Assembly: GCA_001687465.1 (NCBI GenBank)
Contig: LVLI01000366.1
Span: 1-61,530, forward strand
Length of the DNA: 61,530 nucleotides
Source: Halocafeteria seosinensis
Lineage: Eukaryota
Direction of reading: 5' to 3'
Of this stretch, positions 1 to 12,800 are shown in pieces (the first letter of the stretch is position 1; each line of letters starts with the position of its first letter). The position numbers and the translations under genes are program-made. The notes beneath the pieces were generated by a model. It saw only the letters and a list, made by a program, of their open reading frames with translations. It searched no databases and was not told where the DNA came from.

Positions 1-678
1 TTTCTACAGGAGAAGCAGGAAACAAGCGACAATTCGGATCCAGGCAGAACGCTGGGCCCAAACTATTTTCTGGACAGCCAACATCTAGAAGTGATTGCCT
101 CTGAGCGTCTATTTCGACCCTCTGTCTTTCTTGCATCTCCGCCGGAGGAGAATAGCGACAGGAATCTGGTTTCTAAACTCCGGCAAGTGTATGTCGACGC
201 AGTGACGGTAATGGCAGAGAGTGCCTTGCAACAGCGTCGACTGAGAAGCTCCCGCCGTCAACGGGTTCTCAGAACTGTGAGAAAAAAGGCTAATGTGGAT
301 GCCGAACAACTTTCAAAATGTATCGCATTCCCCTTATCTCAGCCTCCTGGTCAGCAGAATTTTTTACCCATTATTCTGCATAATTCGTTGGCGTTTCTTG
401 ATCTCTCCGATACTAGTGATTCCATGATTGAAAATGAGCGGCGCGTCTTCAAGGGACTGAGGAACTTTGCTTATAGTTTAGTCGATGAAACCAAGTTAGC
501 AGGGTTCATAGACGAGTTAGTTCCGCGAAAGACTTCGCACACCTTCTTCAAAGGAGAGCGGTTTGTTATGGAAGCTCCCCACTACACCTTTGCTAGCAAC
601 AGTCACCCATTTACGTCACTGCCCATCATTGCTGAGGGTTTGCGTAATTCCGACAGTAACGAGCTGCTTTTGCAGTGA
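1..678 (+). CDS. 3' part of an unidentified protein-coding gene (frame open from the window edge)
   Basis: Frame 1 is open from position 1 to TGA at 676-678 with protein-like composition; no recognisable motif; the 3' end may be altered by splicing. Confidence 0.4.
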   Translation, partial: FLQEKQETSDNSDPGRTLGPNYFLDSQHLEVIASERLFRPSVFLASPPEENSDRNLVSKLRQVYVDAVTVMAESALQQRRLRSSRRQRVLRTVRKKANVDAEQLSKCIAFPLSQPPGQQNFLPIILHNSLAFLDLSDTSDSMIENERRVFKGLRNFAYSLVDETKLAGFIDELVPRKTSHTFFKGERFVMEAPHYTFASNSHPFTSLPIIAEGLRNSDSNELLLQ

Positions 679-927
679 ACCGCTGGCAATACCGGTACGT
701 GCGATGCACTCTTCGTCGCGCAACGAGGATGTTGCAATTGTCGGTCGAAACGGGTGGTGAGCGTGGTAGCAATACCAAGCAATACCGACTCGCTGAGTGT
801 TTTACAAACGTCTCTTCTTAGAGAGGTGGGAGCTGATATTGATCGTCGGCGAACAATGGGGATTAATGTTGTCGACCCCTTCGGTGACCTGCGACAGAGC
901 GTCATGTTCAACTGATGAGTGGCCAAG

Positions 928-1008
928 CACACACACACAAATGTGACAGATAGCCCACCGGCCGGGAAGTTGACCACATCCTCTTAACGAGGAGCGGTAA
1001 GCGCCTGT
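928..1008 (-). repeat. Repeat family A, short 3'-terminal copy (hairpin + GGGCTATCTGTCACA + (TG)n tail)
   Basis: Reverse complement reads acaggcgcttaccgctcctcgttaagaggatgtggtcaacttcccggccggtgggctatctgtcacatttgtgtgtgtgtg, nearly identical to 25791-25870 and 26951-27027. Confidence 0.85.
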
Positions 1009-1474
1009 GGTTGTGCTATCATACATAGGTATACCTGTGCACTTCCCGATAATAAGAGTTACTAGTACGAAGACAGACTTTGTTCCCTTGCATAGCAAGT
1101 TTGGTCTCGGGTGTAGACCATCGTCTTAAGGCTCATATGCATAGGGGTTGTATACTTGGGTTGGAAGGAAGGGTAAAGTAGATTGCAGGCCTTACACGCG
1201 CCCGCGACTCTTTCATTGCAGTATGCGGGTAGGTCAATGAGCGGCGCTGATCATATGTTGTACAGTCGTCACAAGAAGCTGATCCCGCGAAATAGCCGTA
1301 ATGTTGTATACTCTTGTGTGTATGCACACTGTTTGACTTGTAAGATGCGCTACAATTACATGCATTACTAGCTGAAGTAACTAAAACGGTGGATGCGCAA
1401 TAGTCACAAGAAAGAGATGTAGTTAATTCTACCAAACAACTTAGAGTACGCCCTATTTCTGCCATGGTAACCGG

Positions 1475-2759
1475 TTACGAGGGCATTTGGTACTGTAACC
1501 GATTCTTCAGCTGTAATAGCTCATCTCGCTGAGCTGCTGGGAGAGATTGTATTCGTTCAACACTCCACCCCAACGCTGTTTGCGTTTTTCTAACATCTTG
1601 TTGCTTCTCTGGAGGCAAGCGGTTGATCTCGGCTTCCGTCATCTTCATTATATTATCTATTACTTCCCGATTATACCCTTGACCTTGTCCTTGACCTTGA
1701 CCTCGTCCCTGCTGATGGTGGTATCCAGCTGGAGGGTTCCAGTTTCCTTGAGGCATAAATCCTTGTTGATGGTGTGCTGCGGGAGGATTGTTGAAATTAT
1801 ACGGAGGCATAGCAGCTCCTGGATGATGGTGACCTCGTGGCGGTGCATTCATGGCTCCAGGAACAGGCCCTGGCGCACTTCCAAGCAGCCCACCTCCACC
1901 GCCTCCACTTGGAGCAGGTCCTCCGACAGGAGCAGCTGCAGGACCAGGAGGATGTCCTCTTCCACTTTCGTTAACTGCAGGAGTCGCCGATGCACTTTCA
2001 GGAGCTTCCCTTGATTTATGAGGTTGTGTTTGAAGCATTCCAAGTGACGTTTGACAGTGTAAAATAGCTTGACACAAGGGTGGAATATCTCGAAGTAGTT
2101 GTTTTGCTCTTTCCGGCTCGTTGTCCACAATAGCCTGTATACATAGCAACCAAGCAATCTCTTAACCCCGTACGCAGCACAAACGTACGCACATACACGC
2201 ACCTTAAACTCTTTGACAATAGTCCACTTTTCAAATAAGGATAACTGTTCCACCGCTCTCGACACACTTAAGCCTGCTGCAAATAGAGGCCCCGAAGAGG
2301 CTTTCTCCGGGAGTGCTGATACTCCTGCCCCAGGTTCTGCCGGGTCTGCCACCTTAATTGGTCTTCCCCCAACTTGGCGTAAGTTCAGTTCTCGTTTGGC
2401 GCGGCTAGCCGCTTCCACTGTAGTGTACTCACAAAATCCGTACCCTTTATGCAGGCGGTTGGGATCATTCATGTCCGGCCGTAAACTGTCCACCCAACCA
2501 CACACATAAGTGATACAATATACGTGTATACATGGCCAATAACACTCCTTGCTTACTTGAATCGTGTAATTTCTCCCACTTCCATGAGTATTTCACGCAC
2601 CACATGCTCCGGTATCTCGTACGGGATGTTCCCCACTGCAGTATCCAATGTACCAACGACGGAAAAGAGCCATCTAATGGCGTATTTTGGCTTGCATACA
2701 CAAGGAAAAAAGGGCTTACCAAACACCTTCCGAGGGTCATTTCGATTTTGGGAGGCCAT
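1475..2759 (-). CDS. CSTF2: Cleavage stimulation factor 64 kDa subunit (CstF64/Rna15), 4 exons
   Basis: Spliced N-terminal RRM (KVFVGNIPY...KGYGFCEY), hinge, Pro/Gly/Gln-rich region and C-terminal 'IQSLPAAQRDELLQLK' motif; GT-AG introns at 2636-2719, 2486-2556, 2135-2202. Confidence 0.88.
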
Positions 2760-2885
2760 TTTCACCACTTCTTCGGCCGCTTCCGCCACCAACGCCAGTA
2801 TACACGAAAATGATGACAATTATGTCATCAATACCACAATTTCACTCACATGACACCGTCCATGTTGGTGTATAATGAGCTATAA

Positions 2886-2918
2886 AATCCGGGCCGCCGT
2901 CCCGGATTGAGCCCGGAT
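2886..2918. promoter_or_regulatory. Inverted repeat in the divergent CSTF2/DUS1 promoter
   Basis: AATCCGGG-N7-CCCGGATT (2886-2908) plus a third CCCGGAT at 2912-2918, just after TATAAAA; function inferred from position only. Confidence 0.3.
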
Positions 2919-3021
2919 GCAATATTTTCCATTATACAACACATTATGCCATGAATTATTCCTCATTGTTGGTGTATAGAGGTAGTTTACGTGTCTACAA
3001 AGGTTGTGAGATCACGCGAAA

Positions 3022-4667
3022 ATGACGTCGAAAGCTGTACGGAGGAGCACGCAGGCCTTATGGTTGAACTCGTTGGCGGGAAATGGTGCTTCAGGAGCGT
3101 CTGGAGCCTATATTGTCGCTCCTATGGTCGATCAGAGTGAGCTAGCCTTCCGTATGTTGTGCCGGGAGTTCGGCGCGCACGTGTGCTACACGCCGATGAT
3201 CCATTCGAGGCTGTTTGTGGAGTGCGACACCTATCGCGAGGAAATATTCGCCACATGTAAAGAGGATAGACCTCTCATTATACAGGTGTGTATGGCGTCT
3301 CCAAGTGTATTTTGGAGTTTCTGGAGCTCACAGAGCGTGTTGGTGCAGTTTTGCGGAAATGACCCACTGGTGCTTCAGCAGGCAGCGGAAATGGTCCAGG
3401 ACCAATGTGATGCCATTGACCTCAATTTGGGATGTCCACAAGGCATTGCACGACGAGGGAATTATGGAGCTTTTCTGCTGGAGCAGCCCGACATTGTGGA
3501 AGGAATTGTCAAGCACTTGGCTTCCACACTGACTGTGCCAGTGACGTGCAAAATTCGAGTGTTACACAAGTAAGCAATATCCCGCTAATACATCTTGGAT
3601 GCATGCTCGTCATCATTATTGTCTCTTGAATTTACAGTGAAGAAGAAACACTCAAGTTAGCAAAACGACTGGAGAATGCTGGTTGCTCATTGTTGACTCT
3701 TCACGGTAGATCCCGGCATGAGAATAAAGAAGCAGTTCGGTGCTGTAATTGGAAGCTAATACGTCGCGTAAAGGAAGCACTTGATATACCAGTGGTGGCC
3801 AATGGAGGTATATTCAACTTAGCTGACGCACACAGATGCTTGCAAGAAACGCAGTGCGACGGAGTGATGGTATCAGAGACTATATTGGAGAACCCTGCTG
3901 TCTTTAGTAATGGTTATCACCCGCAGACGGGTATATTCTACGACCAACTCGATCTGGCATCCCGATATCTTCAATTGGCGCAAGAATATGGTTCTTTTCG
4001 GAAACAAGTTCGCAGCCACCTATTTAAGATGTTACATGGAGGACTACAAGATCATCTTGACCTCCGGGTAAAACTGGCGAAAATTCCAACCAGTTCTTCT
4101 AGTTTCTTTGCTGATATGGAGGAGATAGTTGCGCGATTGAGAGAGCATTTCCCCCCTCAACAACATGCGCAGCGTCAGGCGCATCGTACCACACCAAATC
4201 TCGAAACCCGAAACATATCACCGTCCAAGTTGCAGAGCCTCAGTGAGCAACTGGAATCGATCGTGCTCTGTTCCAGTGGGCAAATGATCTCGAAAATAGC
4301 ATCAGAGATACATGAGCCCTCCAATATTACGTTCCCTTTACCGGGGAGCTGGTATTATCGGCACCAACACCAAGTGCGCGAGGCCGATACTCAAGGCGGC
4401 ACAGCTAAAGTCTTTGCCAAGGCATGCGAGAATCAGAGCACTCTTAAGGATGCTATCGACAATATGCAGAGGGAAAAGGACAAGACAGCGCCGTCCAACG
4501 ACGAGAAGCCTTCTGAATCGGAACTGCGCAAACGAGCATACGCCTTGAAGGAAGAGTTACTGAAGAAGCACCGATTCCATCAGCGGCAAACAGGAACTGC
4601 CAAGCAAGCAAGTGCTGCTGACAATGAAGAGCAAGATACCTCCACAGCAACCTTATTCGGAGAGTGA
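3022..4667 (+). CDS. DUS1: tRNA-dihydrouridine synthase 1-like, 3 exons
   Basis: [62 protein letters not shown] motifs; introns ~3286-3348 and ~3570-3637. Confidence 0.92.
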
Positions 4668-4859
4668 TTCACGCCTTTTGGGCGTAAGTGCGCGTGCACG
4701 TACGTACGTGCCTACAAGAAGTCTGCCTCATGTTTCCATGAATCGCGAGGCCAGACAGAAGCCAGAAATCAGTGTCTCTCTCTGGAATGGACAAAGCTTC
4801 CAGTAGCAATAGGGTAGCAGTGTGTCAATGACGTCATAATGGCCCCTCTGCTGCTTCTT

Positions 4860-5243
4860 CTACACCCTATGATCTTCATTGTCCTCGTCGGAAGAAGACG
4901 AAGACGACGACGACTGCTGCTGCTCCTTCTGTTGCTGCTTATTACTATGATGATGATGAGCCTCATCTGTGGCTTTGGTGGTACCGAAATCAAAGCCCAC
5001 AACCCCCGGCATTCTCACCAATTTCAATTGTCGATGCGTTTGGCGCATGAGGTGCTCAATGCGCCCAATATCAGTGCGTTTCACTGCCTTGGCATTCCGG
5101 CGAAACTCGTTCATAATGTATTGTTTAGCCTTGTGACGGGCTTCCTCCGTGGGCTGCTGCCGTGCTTCCCGTAAACACTCGCGTAATAACGATAAAACAC
5201 GTTTTTGGAGCCCACTGTATTGTTGTTTGCGTTTCGGGGCCAT
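4860..5243 (-). CDS. SDHAF1: LYR-family succinate dehydrogenase assembly factor 1 (Sdh6)-like
   Basis: SGLQKRVLSLLRECLR...EFRRNA...IEHLMRQTHRQL matches the SDHAF1/LYRM8 pattern; low-complexity H/Q/S tail. Confidence 0.75.
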   Translation of the reverse strand: MAPKRKQQYSGLQKRVLSLLRECLREARQQPTEEARHKAKQYIMNEFRRNAKAVKRTDIGRIEHLMRQTHRQLKLVRMPGVVGFDFGTTKATDEAHHHHSNKQQQKEQQQSSSSSSSSDEDNEDHRV

Positions 5244-5446
5244 TGTATTACAGTAGACACCCTTCGTTCACTTGTTCGTGTGTATGTGGGGTAAATATAT
5301 ATATATATGTATATCTACCCAATACATTACATTTCATTGAATGTAATGTATTGATTTTTCCCGGCCATTATAAGACACTGTTTTTGTTTTATGTTTTCCC
5401 CCTTGTTCAAGGGTGATAGAAACGTATTTTTTGGTGGAGGGGAGAT

Positions 5447-6873
5447 ATGAGCGCCTCCAGCCCCCATGGGGCACACGAGGACGGCCTTACCGCCGTCGTG
5501 GACCTTGGGTCGGGCACGATACGAGGGGGGTTTGCAGGTGATGATGCCCCCAAAGCCGTCTTTCAGAACGTCGTGGGACGACCAAGGCATACCAAAGCCA
5601 TGGCGGGAGGCTCCATTGGACCGGAAGACACGTAAGAAGAGGTCGGCGAGATACGAAGACAGAAGAGCGAGCAAACTGGACTGGGTTGTGTTTCGCAGAT
5701 TGGTAGGAGATCGGGCTATTAAACATCGAGGGCTCCTTAATCTATCCAGGCCCATGGAGCATGGCTTCGTAGAAAACTGGGAGGACTTACAGCACTGCCT
5801 GAGCGCTATATTCGATCGCGATCATTTGAACACGTCTGTGACAGAAACACCGGTATGTCAATGGCGTGCGAACTGGGAAGTAGAATCTTGGTGTAAACAC
5901 TGGACCATGTACATCCTACAGATTCTCTTGACGGAGCATTCGTATCATCATACACAGCAGAGGAAGAGACTATGCGAACTGCTCTTTGAGGAATTGCACT
6001 GTCCCGCGGTTCATTTTGCTGCATCTGCACCGTTAACCCTGTATGCCAGCGGTAGAACTACGGGTGTGGTGGTTGACTGTGGAGATGGAGTATCGCAAGT
6101 GTCCCCCATATACGATGGCTATACCATCGAAAAAGGGTGTTTAAGAACGGACGTAGGAGGGCGAGATGTGACGAGGCAGCTTCGGTTACTGCTACGCAAA
6201 CGAGGATATATGTTCCACAGCAGCGCAGATCAAGATATCTTACGTGAAGTGAAAGAGAACAAGTGTATAGTTTCGACGCAGCCTACCGAGGATGAAGCAG
6301 CGGTGGCTGCGGATGAATATCCGGAGGCTAGTTATAGGCTGCCTGATGGAAGCCTCTTGGAACTAGGGGCGGAACGATTCCGGGCTCCCGAGGTGCTGTT
6401 CAAGCCTGCATTAATAGGGTCTGAAGAACCAGGCCTAGCAGAACTTCTTCGAGAGGGTGTTTCCCATGCTAATCGTGACCTACGTGGCGATCTTTACCGC
6501 GAAATTGTGCTCTGCGGTGGATCGACTCTTTTCGAAGGTACGGCAACAAGTTATCCGCTAGACTTTCGATCGTACAGGTTACACTTACACATGAGCTCTT
6601 CAGGTTTCGGCAACCGCCTGCTCATGGAGACCAAGAAGCTGTCTCCCAAGGGCTTACGGGTTAGAATATCAGCTCCTGAAACCAGAGAAAATCTAGCTTG
6701 GATCGGAGGGTATGTTCATATTCAATGTAAGTAGCACAATCTTCAAACATTCACTTGTTGAGTCGATCCGCAGATCCATCTTTGCATCAGTTGGTGCCTC
6801 CTCCAATAACTGGATAAGTAAACAAGCGTACGAAGAGGGATATTTTCAAGATGCTGACGACATACGCCATTAA
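5447..6873 (+). CDS. ACTR1: Actin-related protein 1 (centractin, dynactin filament), 5 exons
   Basis: Actin-fold motifs [22 protein letters not shown]1-type signatures HRGLL...[42 protein letters not shown]; last exon ends at TAA 6871-6873. Confidence 0.85.
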
Positions 6874-6896
6874 AGTGTAATATTTTCTCTCGTTAC

Positions 6897-9800
6897 CTAT
6901 CCTCCGGTTGTTATACACAGCAATGCTACGCCACGGAGTATCCAGTGATCAGAACGATGGTAGCGCGTAGGGAGTTTGATGGTAAATACTAGGAAGAAGT
7001 CTGTCCTTGTGGGATACCTATACACAGGTGTTTCATACAATGTTGCCCCACTCGGTCTTTGAGCAGCATTCGAGCTTTTCTCTGCGGTCACCATGATGAC
7101 AGGCATGGGTGCAAACAGCTGCTTTGCTTCTGATTCGACGATGGAGTGCTCTTTCCTGTCCCAACGTGCACCTTCCATGAACAAGCCATGGACGTAGACG
7201 CCTTCCTCCGGTGGTTCTCTGATAGCGTCTGCATCAATATTGTCTGTAGCCTCGCTATAATATTGCACATTGTCCAATGCCCAGCCCTCTTTCTTATGAG
7301 CTCTGGTAACCTCCTGTTTCATGGCAGTAAGAAAGCCTTGCGGATTGAAGAATCCTGTCATCCAATAACTATTCGGTGGCTGCTTTTCTAACCACGCCCG
7401 AATTTGTTCGTCCCTCTGAAGGAAAGATGTTGTCCACTTCCCTAAGTTTGGAAGAAGCCATGAAAACTCATCCCCACCCGGGGTACGCAGCCACGAATGC
7501 GGTACCTTGGCTTCGAACAAATCGCTCATAGCCTCCTGCAGTTCTGTAGTCAGGACAACTTCTCCTTTGATCGCTAATTGCATCTGGACAAGCATATGCC
7601 GGACAGTCTTTATCACCTGCTGAAGTCGCTGAATCTCCTGAAACAGAAAGATGTTCAACGGCTTTTGCATGCCTCCGAGTTGCCGAATTTTTCGGATGTA
7701 GTCGTCTTCCTCGTAGTCCTTTGGCAACTTGCTCAGCATATCCGAGGATTTCTCCATGACAAAAGAATCTAAACTTTCGCCACCGGAGCCTCCTGCTTGT
7801 TTCGGCTGTGTATCTGACAAGTTTTTCAAGAAGCCCCGGACCTCCTGTACTCTGAACGTTAAGTCAGCATTGGGATGGAGCCCAAAAACTTCTGGAGAAT
7901 CGATCTCCGGAAGAGAAGACGCAAAGTTTCTGTACTGTTCAATGTCGGGGGCGTCAAAGACCACGTATTCGAAATTCTTTGGGATTGGTTGAATGGGGTC
8001 CGAAGGATTGTATGTGAACCCCTCTTCTAGGACGGCCTTGGATACCCATCGTTTCGCATACGTATTGAAGAGTCTACGATCCATATCGTCTGTTATCTTT
8101 CCCCCGTATTGTACTTCGGATACCATGTATTGAATTGTGACCCAGTTGATACTGCCGTTGTATAGGTGCCTTTCGAGGAATAAAATACACGCCCGAAGAT
8201 CCCCAGAGTTATATTCGTAAGGTATGTTCCATCCCAGAGGACCAAACTTGCGTCTCTCCTGAACAACCGCATGAAGGAAGCACATGTTGAAAACCAATTG
8301 CCTCCACATCTTGGCTTGCTGTGGGGAATCGATACGCTCTAAGCGATCTTGGTCCACTTCTACGGTGAAGCTGCGTTTCAAGTTTGCCCGCAGTCCTGCT
8401 GGCGGCTCGTTGGTGATCTTTGTGGCCATTTGTAAAAGTCCCAGAGGAAAATCTGCGTGTGGCATAGCGCTTATCCATAATCTGAAATCCTCGTTGACCA
8501 TGTCCTTCATCTTGTTTAGCATGTCTTCCATTTCTCCCATCAATTCGAGACCGAGTTCACAGTTTTGCAAGAGCACCCAGGTTCCGTTAAAGGCGGCTTT
8601 TTCAATGGCGCGCTTTGCAACGGGTTCCTGTCCTTGTCCCATCGAGACAACATCAACGGAGGTCTTCTTTCTCTTTGCATGAGTTTCAATTGAGTCCGTA
8701 GGGTCTGCTCCAACTGATAGTAAAAATATTACCGGGATCTGGCAGGTCGACTCATCAAATATCATCTCCATTGTATCTGTTACTGGCTCAACATATTTTT
8801 CGCCGATTAGTGGTATTTTCCGAATGAACTCTCGCACTGCAAGAATAGTCCGATCAGGTCTCAATGACCTTATTAATAAGAATCGTCTCCAAGGGCCGAG
8901 GTCTTTGTCGTCCTTGAGCTGCATCTCATAGTCCGGGATTGACAGAGTATCGGGGTCGTTGCTCTCGTACCACGTTTTCCACGTGTTTTCATTTCTAGCG
9001 ATAAGACTGGGAAGTGACTTAAACAAGGTTACGGAATCTGACAATGCCATGGCGTTTAGCCAGGCATCGTTTTCTATCCATTTTGGCTTCTTCGTGACGC
9101 GATTAATGTCGTATGCTGCACCACCCCGGAGGAAAGTTGTAACCTCCGCAGGGTCAAGTAGGTCCGCCTCCACCAGGATCTTGATCGTAAATATAAATAC
9201 AAAGAGTACTTTATGCCGCTCATATAGCCCTTTATTGACGTAGCGATAAATTAAATACGTCATCGTATCAACGATGTTGTTTACTCTCTTGGTAGCCAGA
9301 GCAGCTCGCTCTGAGATATCAATCGATTTCATGAACAATTCCGTGAACTGTTTCAAGGAAGTCTGGTACATAACGTTCACCATACTCATCTCTACGATAG
9401 AGAAGTAAAGTACTGAACCACGTGCCGCCACAGGGCGAAAAGTTTCCCTTTGCTCAGAAATCGATTTCTTCGTCTCATCTGCAGCGTCCAATTTTTCCTT
9501 TACCTCCATTGCTTTCGCTTTCGTGTTGTTTAGCACTTCTACAAGCTCTTCATCGTCCAATAGATTCCCCTTGTTGGCGGACAGTCTATCTAATAGCTGG
9601 GAATCCAAATCCATGAGGGCACGTCTGTTTGTCTGTACTTCAGCTAAGACCTGTTGTAGCATATCCTCTAACTCCTTCTTTTCTTTCTTGATGACTTTCC
9701 CCAAGAGTTGGTCTTCTAACCCTTTCATTGTGACTGTGAAGTCAACAACAGTAGTCTTTGCCTGCAGCTCGGGACTAAAATGTGGGTTGGGAAGGCGGGT

Positions 9801-12800
9801 TATAAAATACATCCGAAAATCTGGATGCACCTCCACTTCACCGTCCGCAATCCGAACATACTTCCGTTTGTTACGAACTATAAACTGCTTTTCTAAAACC
9901 GGATCCAGAAGCGGATCTAACTCTTGTTCAACACCTATAACGATGAAAGCCTTCCCTTCTTGCATACAAAACTCAAGATTATCTTTGAGACGAGAATCGT
10001 TTAGAGCTGTTACTGGGTTCCTTGGAAGCCGCTCTTTCTCCCTATTTCTGATCCAAGTAACCGCTTGTCCCTGCGGATCGACAAGAAGAGGATATCTACT
10101 TGCCTTGGTGACCAGTATTCCGTTTTGAATGGAGAGTGGGTCTGTCGGCAGCCCTTCCAAATTCCAGTCGCCTATAGTAGCAACGTCAACCAGGAACTCG
10201 GTTACATCTAGCTCAGTCGTTGTCGGAACTCCTCTGGTTTTTAAGTCGTGCGTGAATTTTGAAGTGAGCAAATACTGGCGAAAGGGAGCATTAAAAGGAC
10301 CACAATATCCGATGAAGGCACAAGCCACGGCACAATCCCCGACCAATCTCCTTTTCTGGTCAGCGAATGTCTTACTGTCGTTGGTCCAACGCGTCCGTTC
10401 TCCTGCTAATCCACCAATGAGTGCCTCAGCCTGTTGCAACTTTCTCTGCAACGCCGCGGCCCCTTCTTCTAGTTTTGTTTTCTCGTCCATCTGATTCTGA
10501 TACTGAGATTGTAACGTCTGCAGAAGCTCCTGAACCTCCTGATGCTCTTTTTCAGCTTTATCTAAAGCAACAAGAGCCTCATTGAGCTTGCCCTTCGCTA
10601 ATTGTAGTGCTTCCAACTTGGGCTTTACAATGCGAGAGGCATAGAAGTAATCCTCCATAGCCTTTGCCCAAACAGCCATGTTTCCTGCCGCTTCCGATAC
10701 CTTCGTCGTTAGAATTTCAGGATCGAGGAAAGGAATTTGTGTGTATGCTTGTAGTAGCTCTACGGTTTCCTCGTTCACATCATCCTTAGGGAAGACAGAC
10801 AGCCGTGTCAGGAAGTCGGAGCTGGTGATTAAGCTAAGTCCACCGAATTTGAAACTTGTGGTCAGAAAATCAAACTCCACACCAGCCACTTTGTGATGAG
10901 CATCGTCCCCAGCTTGAACAGGGAGAATTGCTTCCTGGAATAGGATAACGACTTCATCCAAAACCAGCTGAATTCCGGCCGGAGGCATTGGCGTATAGCT
11001 CTTGATCTTCTTGATATCTTCAGGTGTTATGCTTGAGGCTGCAGCCATCGCCCGATCAACGATAGGCTGAGCCTTATCAAGGTCCGCTTGACACACTGCT
11101 GCCTCGGCTTCTATCCGAGTCTTGTCAGCTTCGCAAGCTTCTTTGATTTTAGTGACTTTTTCTTTTTGCTTTTCGGCTTCCCCTTTCTTAATCTCAAGAT
11201 TTCCGAGTAAATCATTCGTCTTCTTTGTTGCTTCTTCAACCTTTGTTTGTTCATCCCTTAAAACGCCTTTCATATTATCGACATCTTTAGCACCTTGGAT
11301 CAATTTCTCAAGTCCGTTGTTGACGTTTTGTTCTTTCTTGTTGAGTTGTTGTAGCTTTCTTGAGTACAGCTCCTTGTAATTTTCAATGAACGACAAGTAT
11401 GATTTGGGAGTTTGATAGACATGTCGTCTCATTTGTGAGAAGTACTCACTGCATACTTCAACGACCATGTTGTGAACCATTCCCATATGATTCATCAGCG
11501 ATTGCTGAACCTCTGCCGTAGAATCCATGTTGAAGCCTTGGAGGATACTAGTACTAACACTTATCAAAGCTTCTGCAGGCCATGGCAAGACCCAGTCAAT
11601 GGTGGTCCCTGATATTAGTGCGGGAAACTTTCGCGCCCGTTCAGGGAATTTAGGGTTCACCGGCGACATGCACAATACGACATGAAGATTATCTCGGACG
11701 CAATCAATAAAATACTGTTTCAGGTTATCGAGCGTCTCGGCAAGATGGGGTCTATCTTTTGCAAATGCAGGCTGCAGGTCTGTCGTTATGCTCATGATCT
11801 CATCCTTGGCGAACAAACCAGCTACTTCTCCCGTCATTAAGATAGAATTAATGTACTCCAAGAAACTCTCCTTCTTGATTTCCGAGTCGGTAAACAAAAA
11901 GGTGCAGCTCTTCCTTTGATGTCCAGCTAAATCGAACAGGTAGCGAAGGTCCTCCAGCAGAGCATTGACTCCATAGGTCTTTGTCAGGGTAATCTGAAAT
12001 AACTTACTTCTTGCAATATAGGCCGCCAATCGAGTCAGACTTTGTTTCCCTGAGCCCCCAACTCCTACGAGTAATGCAGAACCACGGGGCATGGAAAGGA
12101 TTCTGTTAATCCTCAATAAATGACGTAGCGCATCTTCGAACAACACTAGGCTCAGCCTAGTCGCTGGGAAGTCGGAATTGTGGTTGTCCATGAAGAGTTG
12201 AACTCTTTCTCTGATATTATCGATGGATCCTCCAGGCTCGTAGATCTTTGGGGCCTCCTCGATAACGACATCCTCATCGTCCAAGATATCATCGCGGAAA
12301 AAATCCACGAACAGTGTTTCGAACACCGTCTTCGTAGCAAGTGATGACCCAAAGTGCTTTTGCAACACAGTATCCACACATTCTGTGCACCACTGCTTTT
12401 CATCATTGTTGACAAGTTTGTCCGCAAAAACTCTCATACATTCGTGTTTCCATAGCCGAAGGAGTACGACTGGTTGTTCCTCAGTCGGAGTTTGCTGGCC
12501 CCCGGTCAGGATGGTGTTCTTCGGTGTTAGGAGGATGCCTTGGAAGACGCGACTAAGATCTCTCATGTTGAAGATGTAATGAAACTTGGCGGGAGTAGGG
12601 AGCATCTTTGTTTTCACAGCTTCCCATACCTCGATAGTTGCCGCAGTTATCTTGTCCCTCACAGATATCAAGTCGGGGGAAAACTCATCAACAGGGAAAC
12701 GCCCCGTCAGCATTTGCCCATACAAATCATCAATACTAGTGATTGACGGAAGCACTAAATTGAAGACGAAAAAGTGCCTCTTCAACCGATTAGCAATATC

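Noticed and set aside
4839..5174. Poly-Leu/Arg/Met ORF on the + strand
   Set aside because: Antisense reading of the Gln/Ser/His codon runs of SDHAF1.
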